From NCBI RefSeq assembly GCF_964355755.1, contig NC_092671.1:21965317-22029316 (forward strand): a DNA stretch of 64,000 nt. The letters run 5' to 3'. This document shows, piece by piece, positions 28,401 to 42,310 of the stretch. This DNA is from Antedon mediterranea (Eukaryota; Animalia; Echinodermata). Numbering within the stretch: the stretch's first letter is position 1; every line of letters starts with the position of its first letter. The position numbers were made by a program, and so were the translations under genes. Below the pieces are notes generated by a model. The model was not told the origin of the DNA, made no database searches, and saw only the letters and a list, made by a program, of their open reading frames with translations.

Positions 28401-29672
28401 ACCATTTTGTGATTTTCGAAAAAACTTGTTAACATAAAAACATCAAAGTGTACAGAATAGCTTCAAATCGCATTTGGAGACGTTTTAGACCATTTTGTGA
28501 TTTTCGAAAAAACTTGTTAACATAAAAACACCAAAGTGCTTAGAATAGCTTCAAATCGCATTTGGAGACGTTTTAAACCATTTTGTGATTTTCGAAAAAA
28601 CTTGTTAACATAAAAACACCAAAATGTTTAGAATAGCTTCAAATCGCATTTGGAGACGTTTTAGACCATTTTGTGATTTTCGAAAAAACTTGTTAACACA
28701 AAAACACCAAAGTGATTAGAATAGCTTCAAATCGCATTTGGAGACGTTTTAGACCATTTTGTGATTTTCGAAAAAACTTGTTAACATAAAAACACCAAAG
28801 TGATTAGAATAGCTTCAAATCGCATTTGGAGACGTTTTAGACCATTTTGTGCATTTCGATGAAACTTGGTTACGCAAAAACATCAAAGTGCTTAAAATCA
28901 CATTATAAACCGTTTTAGACCATTTTGAGCATATCGATAACACTTTTTACACAAAACACCAAAGTGCTTAGAATAGCTTCAAATCGCATTTGGAGACGTT
29001 TTAGACCATTTTGTGATTTTCGACAAAACTTTTTCACACAAAACACCAACGTGCTTAGAATACCTTCAAATCGCATTTGGAGACGTTTTAGACCATTTTG
29101 TGATTTTCGAAAAAACTTGTTAACATAAAAACATCAAAGTGTACAGAATAGCTTCAAATCGCATTTGGAGACGTTTTAGACCATTTTGTGATTTTCGAAA
29201 AAACTTGTTAACATAAAAACACCAAAGTGCTTAGAATAGCTTCAAATCGCATTAGGAGACGTTTTAGACCATTTTGTGATTTTCGAAAAAACTTGTTAAC
29301 ATAAAAACACCAAAGTGCTTAGAATAGCTTCAAATCGCATTTGGAGACGTTTTAGACCATTTTGTGATTTTCGAAAAAACTTGTTAACATAAAAACACCA
29401 AAATGTTTAGAATAGCTTCAAATCGCATTTGGAGACGTTTTAGACCATTTTGTGATTTTCGAAAAAACTTGTTAACACAAAAACACCAAAGTGATTAGAA
29501 TAGCTTCAAATCGCATTTGGAGACGTTTTAGACCATTTTGTGCATTTCGATGAAACTTGGTTACGCAAAAACATCAAAGTGCTTAAAATCACATTATAAA
29601 CCGTTTTAGACCATTTTGAGCATATCGATAACACTTTTCACACAAAAACATCAAAGAGCACAATATAGCTTA

Positions 29673-30720
29673 CACTTTGACTGCCAAACACGAAGATCTT
29701 CGTTTTTGGAAACACAACGCTTGACTGCCAAACACGAAGATCTTCGTTTTTCGCGTTTTTTTACGAAATCCGGTAGATAGGTTAATTATTGGTATATACT
29801 ATAAATATGGACACTAAATTCGGTCTGGACCGTGAATATTTTACTTTTTGAAAGTAACTAATCTGGTTACGAACGATTGTCAAAATGGTACCTGTCGAAA
29901 TAACATACACCGCGCATCACAGTAGCGCGTACAGCGATGGTTTGGCGCATTGTGTATCGGTCGCGCGCTAGCTATGCCGCCGAAGCGTTTACAAAGGTTT
30001 ATGTGGATTGGCATGTTTGTTTGTTATCTGAATAAAAAATAATGGATGAATTTTCAATAAGAAATCTTTAATTTTATTATTGTATGTATACCCTAATTGT
30101 TTTGGTGTTTCACTGTACGTGGCCGAGTTTCAGAGATTCACGCAACAAACTTGTTTAGAAATGGTATGAATATTATCATCAGTTTACTAGCTAGGCTATA
30201 GTAGAACTAGGCTATAGCCTAGTCGTAAAACGGTTCCGGACCAACTTTAGGCCTAGTTAACCAGGCCTGATGGCTTTACTATATGGATTTTGGCGAAACA
30301 TTGATGTAAGATTTATGATTTATAAAATGTAATACATTTTTCGATAGTGATAACTTGTTTTTATAGGCCTACCGGTGCCGTGTAAGTAACTTTTTCGTTG
30401 TTTGTTGATCTCACCGGGCGATATTTTCATATTGTGATGTCTTGCACAAAATCGCGAATATCTCGACTTTCTTGCGCGAAACTACGAAAAACTCAAAAAC
30501 TGCGTTACTTTCATTTTACTATTACGATTTACATATTGCGATTTGAAAATCGTTCTTGGTACCATTGTAAAGCTAAAATCTTTATGATTATTTTAGTCTA
30601 AATTACATGTAAATCAGATCGCATACATAGTTTCAATCAGCTTTAATAAAAACATCGAATTGGGCTATAAACGCTGGCAGTGGCAGTTTCTAACTGGAAA
30701 AACCTCTGGCAGTCAAAGTG
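29673..30720. mobile_element. Non-autonomous TIR DNA transposon (MITE-like, 1048 bp); piggyBac-like or Chapaev3-like
   Basis: Perfect 14-bp TIRs CACTTTGACTGCCA (29673-29686) and TGGCAGTCAAAGTG (30707-30720). It interrupts the satellite motif atatagcTTAAtatcg, with left flank TTA and right flank TTAA. No credible ORF. An empty paralogous site lies at ~60831-60850. Confidence 0.92.
29677..29751. repeat. 31-bp subterminal direct repeat x2 containing the palindrome ACGAAGATCTTCGT
   Basis: ttgactgccaaacacgaagatcttcgttttt at 29677-29707 and 29721-29751. The right end has TGGCAGT three times (30675, 30681, 30707). Confidence 0.9.
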
Positions 30721-33700
30721 TTAATATCGTATTTAAAAACGTTTTAGACCATTTTGAGCATTTCGACAAAACTTTTTCACACAAAACACCAAAGTGCTTA
30801 GAATAGCTTCAAATCGCATTTGGAGACGTTTTAGACCATTTTGTGATTTTCGAAAAAACTTGTTAACATAAAAAAATCAAAGGGCTAAGAATAGCTTCAA
30901 ATCGCATTTGGAGACATTTTAGACCATTTAGTGATTTTCGAAAAAACTTGGTTACACAAAAACATCAAAGTGGTTAAAATCACATTATAAACCGTTTTAG
31001 ACCATTTTGAGCATTTCGATAACACTTTTTACACAAAAACATCAAAGTGCTTAGAATAGCTTCAAATCGCATTTGGAGACGTTTTAGACCATTTTGTGAT
31101 TTTTGAAAAAAACTTTTTAACATATAAACACCAAACTGCTAAGAATAGCTTCAAATCGCATATGGAGACAATTTAGACCATTTTGTGATTTTCGAAAAAA
31201 CTTGTTAACATAAAAACACCAAAGTGCTTAGAATACCTTCAAATCGCATTTGGAGACGTTTTAGACCATTTTGTGATTTTCCAAAAAACTTGTTAACATA
31301 AAAACATCAAAGTGTACAGAATAGCTTCAAATCGCATTTGGAGACGTTTTAGACCATTTTGTGATTTTCGAAAAAACTTGTTAACATAAAAACACCAAAG
31401 TGCTTAGAATAGCTTCAAATCGCATTAGGAGACGTTTTAGACCATTTTGTGATTTTCGAAAAAACTTGTTAACATAAAAACACCAAAGTGCTTAGAATAG
31501 CTTCAAATCGCATTTGGAGACGTTTTAGACCATTTTGTGATTTTCGAAAAAACTTGTTAACATAAAAACACCAAAATGTTTAGAATAGCTTCAAATCACA
31601 TTTGGAGACGTTTTAGACCATTTTGTGATTTTCGAAAAAACTTGTTAACACAAAAACACCAAAGTGATTAGAATAGCTTCAAATCGCATTTGGAGACGTT
31701 TTAGACCAATTTGTGCATTTCGATGAAACTTGGTTACGCAAAAACATCAAAGTGCTTAAAATCACATTATAAACCGTTTTAGACCATTTTGAGCATATCG
31801 ATAACACTTTTCACACAAAAACATCAAAGAGCACAATATAGCTTAATATCTTATTTAAAAACGTTTTAGACCATTTTGAGCATTTCGACAAAACTTTTTC
31901 ACACAAAACACCAAAGTGCTTAGAATAGCTTCAAATCGCATTTGGAGAAGTTTTAGACCATTTTGTGATTTTCGAAAAAACTTGTTAACATAAAAACATC
32001 AAAGTGCTAAGAATAGCTTCAAATCGCATTTGGAGACATTTTAGACCAATTAGTGATTTTCGAAAAAACTTGGTTACACAAAAACATCAAAGTGGTTAAA
32101 ATCACATTATAAACCGTTTTAGACCATTTTGAGCATTTCGATAACACTTTTCACACAAAAACATCAAAGTGCTTAGAATAGCTTCAAATCGCATTTGGAG
32201 ACGTTTTAGACCATTTTGTGATTTTCGAAAAAAACTTTTTAACATAAAAACACCAAACTGCTAAGAATAGCTTCAAATCGCATATGGAGACAATTTAGAC
32301 AATTTTGTGATTTTCGAAAAAACTTGTTAACATAAAAACACCAAAGTGCTAAGAATAGCTTCAAATCGCATATGGAGACAATTTAGACCATTTTGTGATT
32401 TTCGAAAAAACTTGTTAACATAAAAACACCAAAGTGCTTAGAATACCTTCAAATCGCATTTGGAGACGTTTAAGACCATTTTGTGATTTTCGAAAAAACT
32501 TGTTAACATAAAAACACCAAAGTGCTTAGAATAGCTTCAAATCGCATTTGGAGACGTTTTAGACCAATTTGTGATTTTCGAAAAAACTTGGTTACACAAA
32601 AACATCAAAGTGGTTAAAAGCACATTATAAACCGTTTTAGACCATTTTGAGCATTTCGATAACACATTTCACACAAAAACATCAAAGAGCACAAAATAGC
32701 TTAATATCGTATTTAAAAACGTTTTAAACCATTTTGAGCATTTCGAGAAAACTTTTTCACACAAAACACCAAAGTGTACAGAATAGCTTCAAATCGCATT
32801 TGGAGACGTTTTAGACCATTTTGTGATTTTCGAAAAAACTTGTTAATATAAAAACACCAAAGTACTTAGAATAGCTTCAAATCGCATTTGGAGACGTTTT
32901 AGACCATTTTGTGATTTTCGAAAAAACTTGTTAACATAAAAACATCAAAGTGCTAAGAATAGCTTCCAATCGCATTTGGAGACATTTTAGACCAATTTGT
33001 GATTTTGGAAAAAACTTGGTTACACAAAAACATCAAAGTGCTTTAAATCACATTATAAACCGTTTTAGACCATTTTGAGCATTTCGATAACACATTTCAC
33101 AAAAAAACATCAAAGAGCACAAAATAGCTTAATATCGTATTTAAAAACGTTTTAAACCATTTTGAGCATTTCGATAAAACTTTTTCACACAAAACACCAA
33201 AGTGTTTAGAAAAGCTTCAAATCGCATTTGGAGACGTTTTAGACCATTTTGGGATTTTCGAAAAAACTTGTTAACATAAAAACACCAAAGTGCTTAGAAT
33301 AGCTTCAAATCGCATTTGAAGACGTTTTAGACCATTTTGTAATTTTCGAAAAAACTTGTTAACATAAAAACACCAAAATGTTTAGAATAGCTTCAAATCG
33401 CATTTGGAGACGTTTTAGACCATTTTGTGATTTTCGAAAAAACTTGTTAACACAAAAACACCAAAGTGATTAGAATAGCTTCAAATCGCATTTGGAGACG
33501 TTTTAGACCATTTTGTGATTTTCGAAAAAACTTGTTAACATAAAAACAGCAAAGTGATTAGAATAGCTTCAAATCGCATTTGGAGACGTTTTAGACCATT
33601 TTGTGCATTTCGATGAAACTTGGTTACGCAAAAACATCAAAGTAATAATCACATTATAAACAGTTTTAGACCATTTTGAGCATATCGATAAAACTTTTTA

Positions 33701-36700
33701 CACAAAACACCAAAGTGCTTAGAATAGCTTCAAATCGCATTTGGAGACGTTTTAGACCATTTTGTGATTTTCGACAAAACTTTTTCACACAAAACACCAA
33801 AGTGCTTAGAATACCTTCAAATCGCATTTGGAGACGTTTTAGACCATTTTGTGATTTTCGAAAAAACTTGTTAACATAAAAACATCAAAGTGTACAGATT
33901 AGCTTCAAATCGCATTTGGAGACGTTTTAGACCATTTTGTGATTTTCGAAAAAACTTGTTAACATAAAAACACCAAAGTGCTTAGAATAGCTTCAAATCG
34001 CATTAGGAGACGTTTTAGACCATTTTGTTATTTTCGAAAAAACTTGTTAACATAAAAACACCAAAATGTTTAGAATAGCTTCAAATCGCATTTGTAGACG
34101 TTTTATACCATTTTGTGATTTTCGAAAAAACTTGTTAACACAAAAACACCAAAGTGATTAGAATAGCTTCAAATCGCATTTGGAGACGTTTTAGACCATT
34201 TTGTGCATTTCGATGAAACTTGGTTACGCAAAAACATCAAAGTGCTTAAAATCACATTATAAACCGTTTTAGACCATTTTGAGCATATCGATAACACTTT
34301 TCACACAAAAACATCAAAGAGCACAATATAGCTTAATATCGTATTTAAAAACGTTTTAGACCATTTTGAGCAATTCGACAAAACTTTTTCACACAAAACA
34401 CCAAAGTGCTTAGAATAGCTTCAAATCGCATTTGGAGACGTTTTAGACCATTTTGTGATTTTCGAAAAAACTTGTTAACATAAAAACATCAAAGGGCTAA
34501 GAATAGCTTCAAATCGCATTTGGAGACATTTTAGACCAATTAGTGATTTTCGAAAAAACTTGGTTACACAAAAACATCAAAGTGGTTAAAATCACATTAT
34601 AAACCGTTTTAGACCATTTTGAGCATATCGATAAAATTTTTTACACAAAAACATCAAAGAGCACAAAATAGCTTAATATCGTATTTGGAAACGTTTTAGA
34701 ACATTTTGTGATTTTCGAAAAAACTTGTTAACATAAAACACCAAAGTGTACAGAATAGCTTCAAATCGCATTTGGAGACATTTTAGACCAATTTGTGATT
34801 TTCGAAAAAACTTGTTAACATAAAAACACCAAAGTGCTAAGAATAGCTTCAAATCGCATTTGGAGACATTTTAGACCAATTTGTGATTTTCGAAAAAACT
34901 TGGTTACACAAAAACATCAAAGTGCTTAAAATCACATTATAAAACCGTGTTAGACCATTTTGAGCATTTCGATAACACTTTTCACACAAAAACATCAAAG
35001 AGCATAAAATAGGTTAATATCGTATTTAAAAACGTTTTAGACCATTTTGAGCATTTCGATGAAACTTGGTTACGCAAAAACATCAAAGTGCTTAAAATCA
35101 CATTATAAACCGTTTTAGACCATTTTGAGCATATCGATAAAATTTTTTACACAAAAACATCAAAGAGCACAAAATAGCTTAATATCGTATTTGGAAACGT
35201 TTTAGAACATTTTGTGATTTTCGAAAAAACTTGTTAACATAAAACACCAAAGTGTACAGAATAGCTTCAAATCGCATTTGGAGACATTTTAGACCAATTT
35301 GTGATTTTCGAAAAAACTTGTTAACATAAAAACACCAAAGTGCTAAGAATAGCTTCAAATCGCATTTGGAGACATTTTAGACCAATTTGTGATTTTCGAA
35401 AAAACTTGGTTACACAAAAACATCAAAGTGCTTAAAATCACATTATAAAACCGTTTTAGACCATTTTGAGCATTTCGATAACACTTTTCACACAAAAACA
35501 TCAAAGAGCATAAAATAGGTTAATATCGTATTTAAAAACGTTTTAGACCATTTTGAGCATTTCGACAAAACTTTTTCACACAAAACACCAAAGTGTACAG
35601 AATAGCTTAATATCGTATTTAAAAACGTTTTAGACCATTTTGTGATTTTCGAAAAAACTTGTTAACATAAAAACACCAAAGTGCTTACAATAGCTTCAAA
35701 TCGCATTAGGAGACGTTTTAGACCATTTTGTGATTTTCGAAAAAACTTGTTAACATAAAAACATCAAAGTGTACAGAATAGCTTCAAATCGCATTTGGAG
35801 ACGTTTTAGACCATTTTGTGATTTTCGAAAAAAACTTGTTAACATAAAAACACCAAAGTGCTTAGAATAGCTTCAAATCGCATTTGGAGACGTTTTAGAC
35901 CATTTTGTGATTTTCGAAAAAACTTGTTAATATAAAAACACCAAAGTACTTAGAATAGCTTCAAATCGCATTTGGAGACGTTTTAAACCATTTTGTGATT
36001 TTCGAAAAAACTTGTTAACATAAAAACACCAAAATGTTTAGAATAGCTTCAAATCGCATTTGGAGACGTTTTAGACCATTTTGTGATTTTCGAAAAAACT
36101 TGTTAACACAAAAACACCAAAGTGATTAGAATAGCTTCAAATCGCATTTGGAGATGTTTTAGACCATTTTGTGATTTTCGAAAAAACTTGTTAACATAAA
36201 AACACCAAAGTGATTAGAATAGCTTCAAATCGCATTTGGAGACGTTTTAGACCATTTTGTGATTTTCGAAAAAACTTGTTAACATAAAAACACCAAAGTG
36301 ATTAGAATAGCTTCAAATCGCATTTGGAGACGTTTTAGACCATTTTGTGCATTTCGATGAAACTTGGTTACGCAAAAACATCAATGTGCTTAAAATCACA
36401 TTATAAACCATTTTAGACCATTTTGAGCATATCCATAAAACTTTTTACACAAAACACCAAAGTGCTTAGAATAGCTTCAAATCGCATTTGGAGACGTTTT
36501 AGACCATTTTGTGATTTTCGACAAAACTTTTTCACACAAAACACCAAAGTGCTTAGAATACCTTCAAATCGCATTTGGAGACGTTTTAGACCATTTTGTG
36601 ATTTTCGAAAAAACTTGTTAACATAAAAACATCAAAGTGTACAGAATAGCTTCAAATCGCATTTGGAGACGTTTTAGACCATTTTGTGCATTTCGATGAA

Positions 36701-39700
36701 ACTTGGTTACGCAAAAACATCAATGTGCTTAAAATCACATTATAAACCATTTTAGACCATTTTGAGCATATCCATAAAACTTTTTACACAAAACACCAAA
36801 GTGCTTAGAATAGCTTCAAATCGCATTTGGAGACGTTTTAGACCATTTTGTGATTTTCGAAAAAACTTGTTAACATAAAAACACCAAAATGTTTAGAATA
36901 GCTTCAAATCGCATTTGTAGACGTTTTAGACCATTTTGTGATTTTCGAAAAAACTTGTTAACACAAAAACACCAAAGTGATTAGAATAGCTTCAAATCGC
37001 ATTTGGAGACGTTTTAGACCATTTTGTGCATTTCGATGAAACTTGGTTACGCAAAAACATCAAAGTGCTTAAAATCACATTATAAACCGTTTTAGACCAT
37101 TTTGAGCATATCGATAACACTTTTCACACAAAAACATCAAAGAGCACAATATAGCTTAATATCGTATTTAAAAACGTTTTAGACCATTTTGAGCAATTCG
37201 ACAAAACTTTTTCACACAAAACACCAAAGTGCTTAGAATAGCTTCAAATCGCATTTGGAGACGTTTTAGACCATTTTGTGATTTTCGAAAAAACTTGTTA
37301 ACATAAAAACATCAAAGGGCTAAGAATAGCTTCAAATCGCATTTGGAGACATTTTATACCAATTAGTGATTTTCGAAAAAACTTGGTTACACAAAAACAT
37401 CAAAGTGGTTAAAATCACATTATAAACCGTTTTAGACCATTTTGAGCATATCGATAAAAATTTTTACACAAAAACATCAAAGAGCACAAAATAGCTTAAT
37501 ATCGTATTTGGAAACGTTTTAGAACATTTTGTGATTTTCGAAAAAACTTGTTAACATAAAACTCCAAAGTGTACAGAATAGCTTCAAATCGCATTTGGAG
37601 ACATTTTAGACCAATTTGTGATTTTCGAAAAAACTTGTTAACATAAAAAAACCAAAGTGCTAAGAATAGCTTCAAATCGCATTTGGAGACATTTTAGACC
37701 AATTTGTGATTTTCGAAAAAACTTGGTTACACAAAAACATCAAAGTGCTTAAAATCACATTATAAAACCGTTTTAGACCATTTTGAGCATTTCGATAACA
37801 CTTTTCACACAAAAACATCAAAGAGCATAAAATAGGTTAATATCGTATTTAAAAACGTTTTAGACCATTTTGAGCATTTCGATGAAACTTGGTTACGCAA
37901 AAACATCAAAGTGTTTAAAATCACATTATAAACCGTTTTAGACCATTTTGAGCATATCGATAAAATTTTTTACACAAAAACATCAAAGAGCACAAAATAG
38001 CTTAATATCGTATTTGGAAACGTTTTAGAACATTTTGTGATTTTCGAAAAAACTTGTTAACATAAAACACCAAAGTGTACAGAATAGCTTCAAATCGCAT
38101 TTGGAGACATTTTAGACAAATTTGTGATTTTCGAAAAAACTTGTTAACATAAAAACACCAAAGTGCTAAGAATAGCTTCAAATCGCATTTGGAGACATTT
38201 TAGACCAATTTGTGATTTTCGAAAAAACTTGGTTACACCAAAACATCAAAGTGCTTAAAATCACATTATAAAACCGTTTTAGACCATTTTGAGCATTTCG
38301 ATAACACTTTTCACACAAAAACATCAAAGAGCATAAAATAGGTTAATATCGTATTTAAAAACGTTTTAGACCATTTTGAGCATTTCGACAAAACTTTTTC
38401 ACACAAAACACCAAAGTGTACAGAATAGCTTAATATCGTATTTAAAAACGTTTTAGACCATTTTGTGATTTTCGAAAAAACTTGTTAACATAAAAACACC
38501 AAAGTACTTACAATAGCTTCAAATCGCATTAGGAGACGTTTTAGACCATTTTGTGATTTTCGAAAAAACTTGTTAACATAAAAACATCAAAGTGTACAGA
38601 ATAGCTTCAAATCGCATTTGGAGACGTTTTAGACCATTTTGTGATTTTCGAAAAAAACTTGTTAACATAAAAACACCAAAGTGCTTAGAATAGCTTCAAA
38701 TCGCATTTGGAGACGTTTTAGACCATTTTGTGATTTTCGAAAAAACTTGTTAATATAAAAACACCAAAGTACTTAGAATAGCTTCAAATCGCATTTGGAG
38801 ACGTTTTAGACCATTTTGTGATTTTCGAAAAAACTTGTTAACATAAAAACACCAAAGTTCTTAAAATAGCTTCAAATCGCATTTGGAGACGTTTTAGACC
38901 ATTTTGTGATTTTCGAAAAAACTTGTTAACACAAAAACACCAAAGTGTTTAGAAAAGCTTCAAATCGCATTTGGAGAAGTTTTAGACCATTTTGTGATTT
39001 TCGAAAAAACTTGTTAACATAAAAACACCAAAGTGTTTAGAAAAGCTTCAAATCGCATTTGGAGACGTTTTAGACCATTTTGGGATTTTCGAAAAAACTT
39101 TTTAACATAAAAACACCAAAGTGCTTAGAATAGCTTCAAATCGCATTTGGAGACGTTTTAGACCATTTTGTAATTTTCAAAAAAACTTGTTAACATAAAA
39201 ACACCAAAGTTCTTAGAATAGCTTCAAATCGCATTTGGAGACGTTTTAGACCATTTTGTGCATTTCGATGAAACTTGGTTACACAAAAACATCAAAGTCC
39301 TTAAAATCACATTATAAACCGTTTTAGACCATTTGAGCATTTCGATAACACTTTTCACACAAAAACATCAAAGAGCACAATATAGCTTAATATCCTATTT
39401 AAAAACGTTTTAGACCATTTTGAGCATTTCGACAAAACTTTTTCACACAAAACACCAAAGTGCTTAGAATACCTTCAAATCGCATTTGGAGACGTTTTAG
39501 ACCATTTTGTGTTTTTCGAAAAAACTTGTTAACATAAAAACATCAAAGTTTACAGAATAGCTTCAAATCGCATTTGGAGAGGTTTTAGACAATTTTGTGA
39601 TTTTCGAAAAAACTTGTTAATATAAAAACACCAAAGTGCTTAGAATAGCTTCAAATCGCATTGGGAGACGTTTTAGTCCATTTTGTGATTTTCGAAAAAA

Positions 39701-42076
39701 CTTGTTAACATAAAAACACCAAAGTGCTTAGAATAGCTTCAAATAGCATTTGGAGACGTTTTAAACCATTTTGTGATTTTCGAAAAAACTTGTTAACATA
39801 AAAACACCAAAATGTTTAGAATAGCTTCAAATCGCATTTGGAGACGTTTTAGACCATTTTGTGATTTTCGAAAAAACTTGTTAATATAAAAACACCAAAG
39901 TACTTAGAATAGCTTCAAATCGCATTTGGAGACGTTTTAGACCATTTTGTGATTTTCGAAAAAACTTGTTAACATAAAAACACCAAAGTTCTTAAAATAG
40001 CTTCAAATCGCATTTGGAGACGTTTTAGACCATTTTGTGATTTTCGAAAAAACTTGTTAACACAAAAACACCAAAGTGTTTAGAAAAGCTTCAAATCGCA
40101 TTTGGAGAAGTTTTAGACCATTTTGTGATTTTCGAAAAAACTTGTTAACATAAAAACACCAAAGTGTTTAGAAAAGCTTCAAATCGCATTTGGAGACGTT
40201 TTAGACCATTTTGGGATTTTCGAAAAAACTTGTTAACATAAAAACACCAAAGTGCTTAGAATAGCTTCAAATCGCATTTGGAGACGTTTTAGACCATTTT
40301 GTAATTTTCAAAAAAACTTGTTAACATAAAAACACCAAAGTTCTTAGAATAGCTTCAAATCGCATTTGGAGACGTTTTAGACCATTTTGTGCATTTCGAT
40401 GAAACTTGGTTACACAAAAACATCAAAGTCCTTAAAATCACATTATAAACCGTTTTAGACCATTTGAGCATTTCGATAACACTTTTCACACAAAACATCA
40501 AAGAGCACAATATAGCTTAATATCCTATTTAAAAACGTTTTAGACCATTTTGAGCATTTCGACAAAACTTTTTCACACAAAACACCAAAGTGCTTAGAAT
40601 ACCTTCAAATCGCATTTGGAGACGTTTTAGACCATTTTGTGTTTTTCGAAAAAACTTGTTAACATAAAAACATCAAAGTTTACAGAATAGCTTCAAATCG
40701 CATTTGGAGACGTTTTAGACAATTTTGTGATTTTCGAAAAAACTTGTTAATATAAAAACACCAAAGTGCTTAGAATAGCTTCAAATCGCATTGGGAGAAG
40801 TTTTAGACCATTTTGTGATTTTCGAAAAAACTTGTTAACATAAAAACATCAAAGTGTACAGAATAGCTTCAAATCGCATTTGGAGACGTTTTAGACCATT
40901 TTGTGATTTTCGAAAAAACTTGTTAACATAAAAACACCAAAGTGCTTAGAATAGCTTCAAATAGCATTTGGAGACGTTTTAAACCATTTTGTGATTTTCG
41001 AAAAAACTTGTTAACATAAAAACACCAAAATGTTTAGAATAGCTTCAAATCGCATTTGGAGACGTTTTAGACCATTTTGTGATTTTCGAAAAAACTTGTT
41101 AATATAAAAACACCAAAGTACTTAGAATAGCTTCAAATCGCATTTGGAGACGTTTTAGACCATTTTGTGATTTTCGAAAAAACTTGTTAACATAAAAACA
41201 CCAAAGTTCTTAAAATAGCTTCAAATCGCATTTGGAGACGTTTTAGACCATTTTGTGATTTTCGAAAAAACTTGTTAACACAAAAACACCAAAGTGTTTA
41301 GAAAAGCTTCAAATCGCATTTGGAGAAGTTTTAGACCATTTTGTGATTTTCGAAAAAACTTGTTAACATAAAAACACCAAAGTGTTTAGAAAAGCTTCAA
41401 ATCGCATTTGGAGACGTTTTAGACCATTTTGGGATTTTCGAAAAAACTTGTTAACATAAAAACACCAAAGTGCTTAGAATAGCTTCAAATCGCATTTGGA
41501 GACGTTTTAGACCATTTTGTAATTTTCAAAAAAACTTGTTAACATAAAAACACCAAAGTTCTTAGAATAGCTTCAAATCGCATTTGGAGACGTTTTAGAC
41601 CATTTTGTGCATTTCGATGAAACTTGGTTACACAAAAACATCAAAGTCCTTAAAATCACATTATAAACCGTTTTAGACCATTTGAGCATTTCGATAACAC
41701 TTTTCACACAAAAACATCAAAGAGCACAATATAGCTTAATATCCTATTTAAAAACGTTTTAGACCATTTTGAGCATTTCGACAAAACTTTTTCACACAAA
41801 ACACCAAAGTGCTTAGAATACCTTCAAATCGCATTTTGTGTTTTAGACCATTTTGTGTTTTTCGAAAAAACTTGTTAACATAAAAACATCAAAGTTTACA
41901 GAATAGCTTCAAATCGCATTTGGAGACGTTTTAGACAATTTTGTGATTTTCGAAAAAACTTGTTAATATAAAAACACCAAAGTGCTTAGAATAGCTTCAA
42001 ATCGCATTGGGAGACGTTTTAGACCATTTTGTGATTTTCGAAAAAACTTGTTAACATAAAAACATCAAAGTGTACA
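30721..42076 (+). repeat. Satellite array, 88-bp monomer family
   Basis: Same monomer resumes in register after the insertion (ttaatatcgtatttaaaaacg). Confidence 0.98.
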
Positions 42077-42096
42077 CACTCTAAAAAATAATGTGT
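42077..42096 (+). repeat. Left terminal inverted repeat CACTCTAAAAAATAATGTGT
   Basis: Exact reverse complement of 51754-51773. Confidence 0.97.
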
Positions 42097-42310
42097 GTCA
42101 TGACACACATTCATATGTTTATTATGTGTTTACATGTGTTTCGGTTACATATTGAAACACACATGTGTGCATAATCACTATGCGATTCATGTAAACACTG
42201 ATAAACAGTGTGTCACAAAATCATATTAATGTGTTTTCTATGCGTTTTAACACGTTCTAATGTTTTCAAAAAACACTACCACAACATAAACACACATGTG
42301 TGTGTACGCA
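42097..42310. repeat. Left subterminal repeats (AAACACA/TGTGTTT motif, both orientations)
   Basis: Examples: ttatgtgttt, acatgtgttt, gaaacacacatgtgtg, aatgtgtttt, aaacacacatgtgtgtg. Confidence 0.75.

Larger units (their letters stand above)
1607..29672 (+). repeat. Satellite array, 88-bp monomer with ~77-bp and diverged variants
   Basis: Consensus cataaaaacaccaaagtgcttagaatagcttcaaatcgcatttggagacgttttagaccattttgtgattttcgaaaaaacttgttaa (88 bp; successive aacataaaaa at 2321 and 2409). A shorter variant (...gtgcttaaaatcacattataaaccgttttag...) lacks agaatagctt. Confidence 0.98.

Noticed and set aside
1614-29672. CRISPR-like regular repeat array
   Set aside because: No unique spacers, as monomers are contiguous. 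No cas genes, and the context is eukaryotic with spliceosomal introns.
30398-30601. 67-aa ORF inside the 1048-bp element
   Set aside because: Short, TTG start, no transposase motifs recognised.
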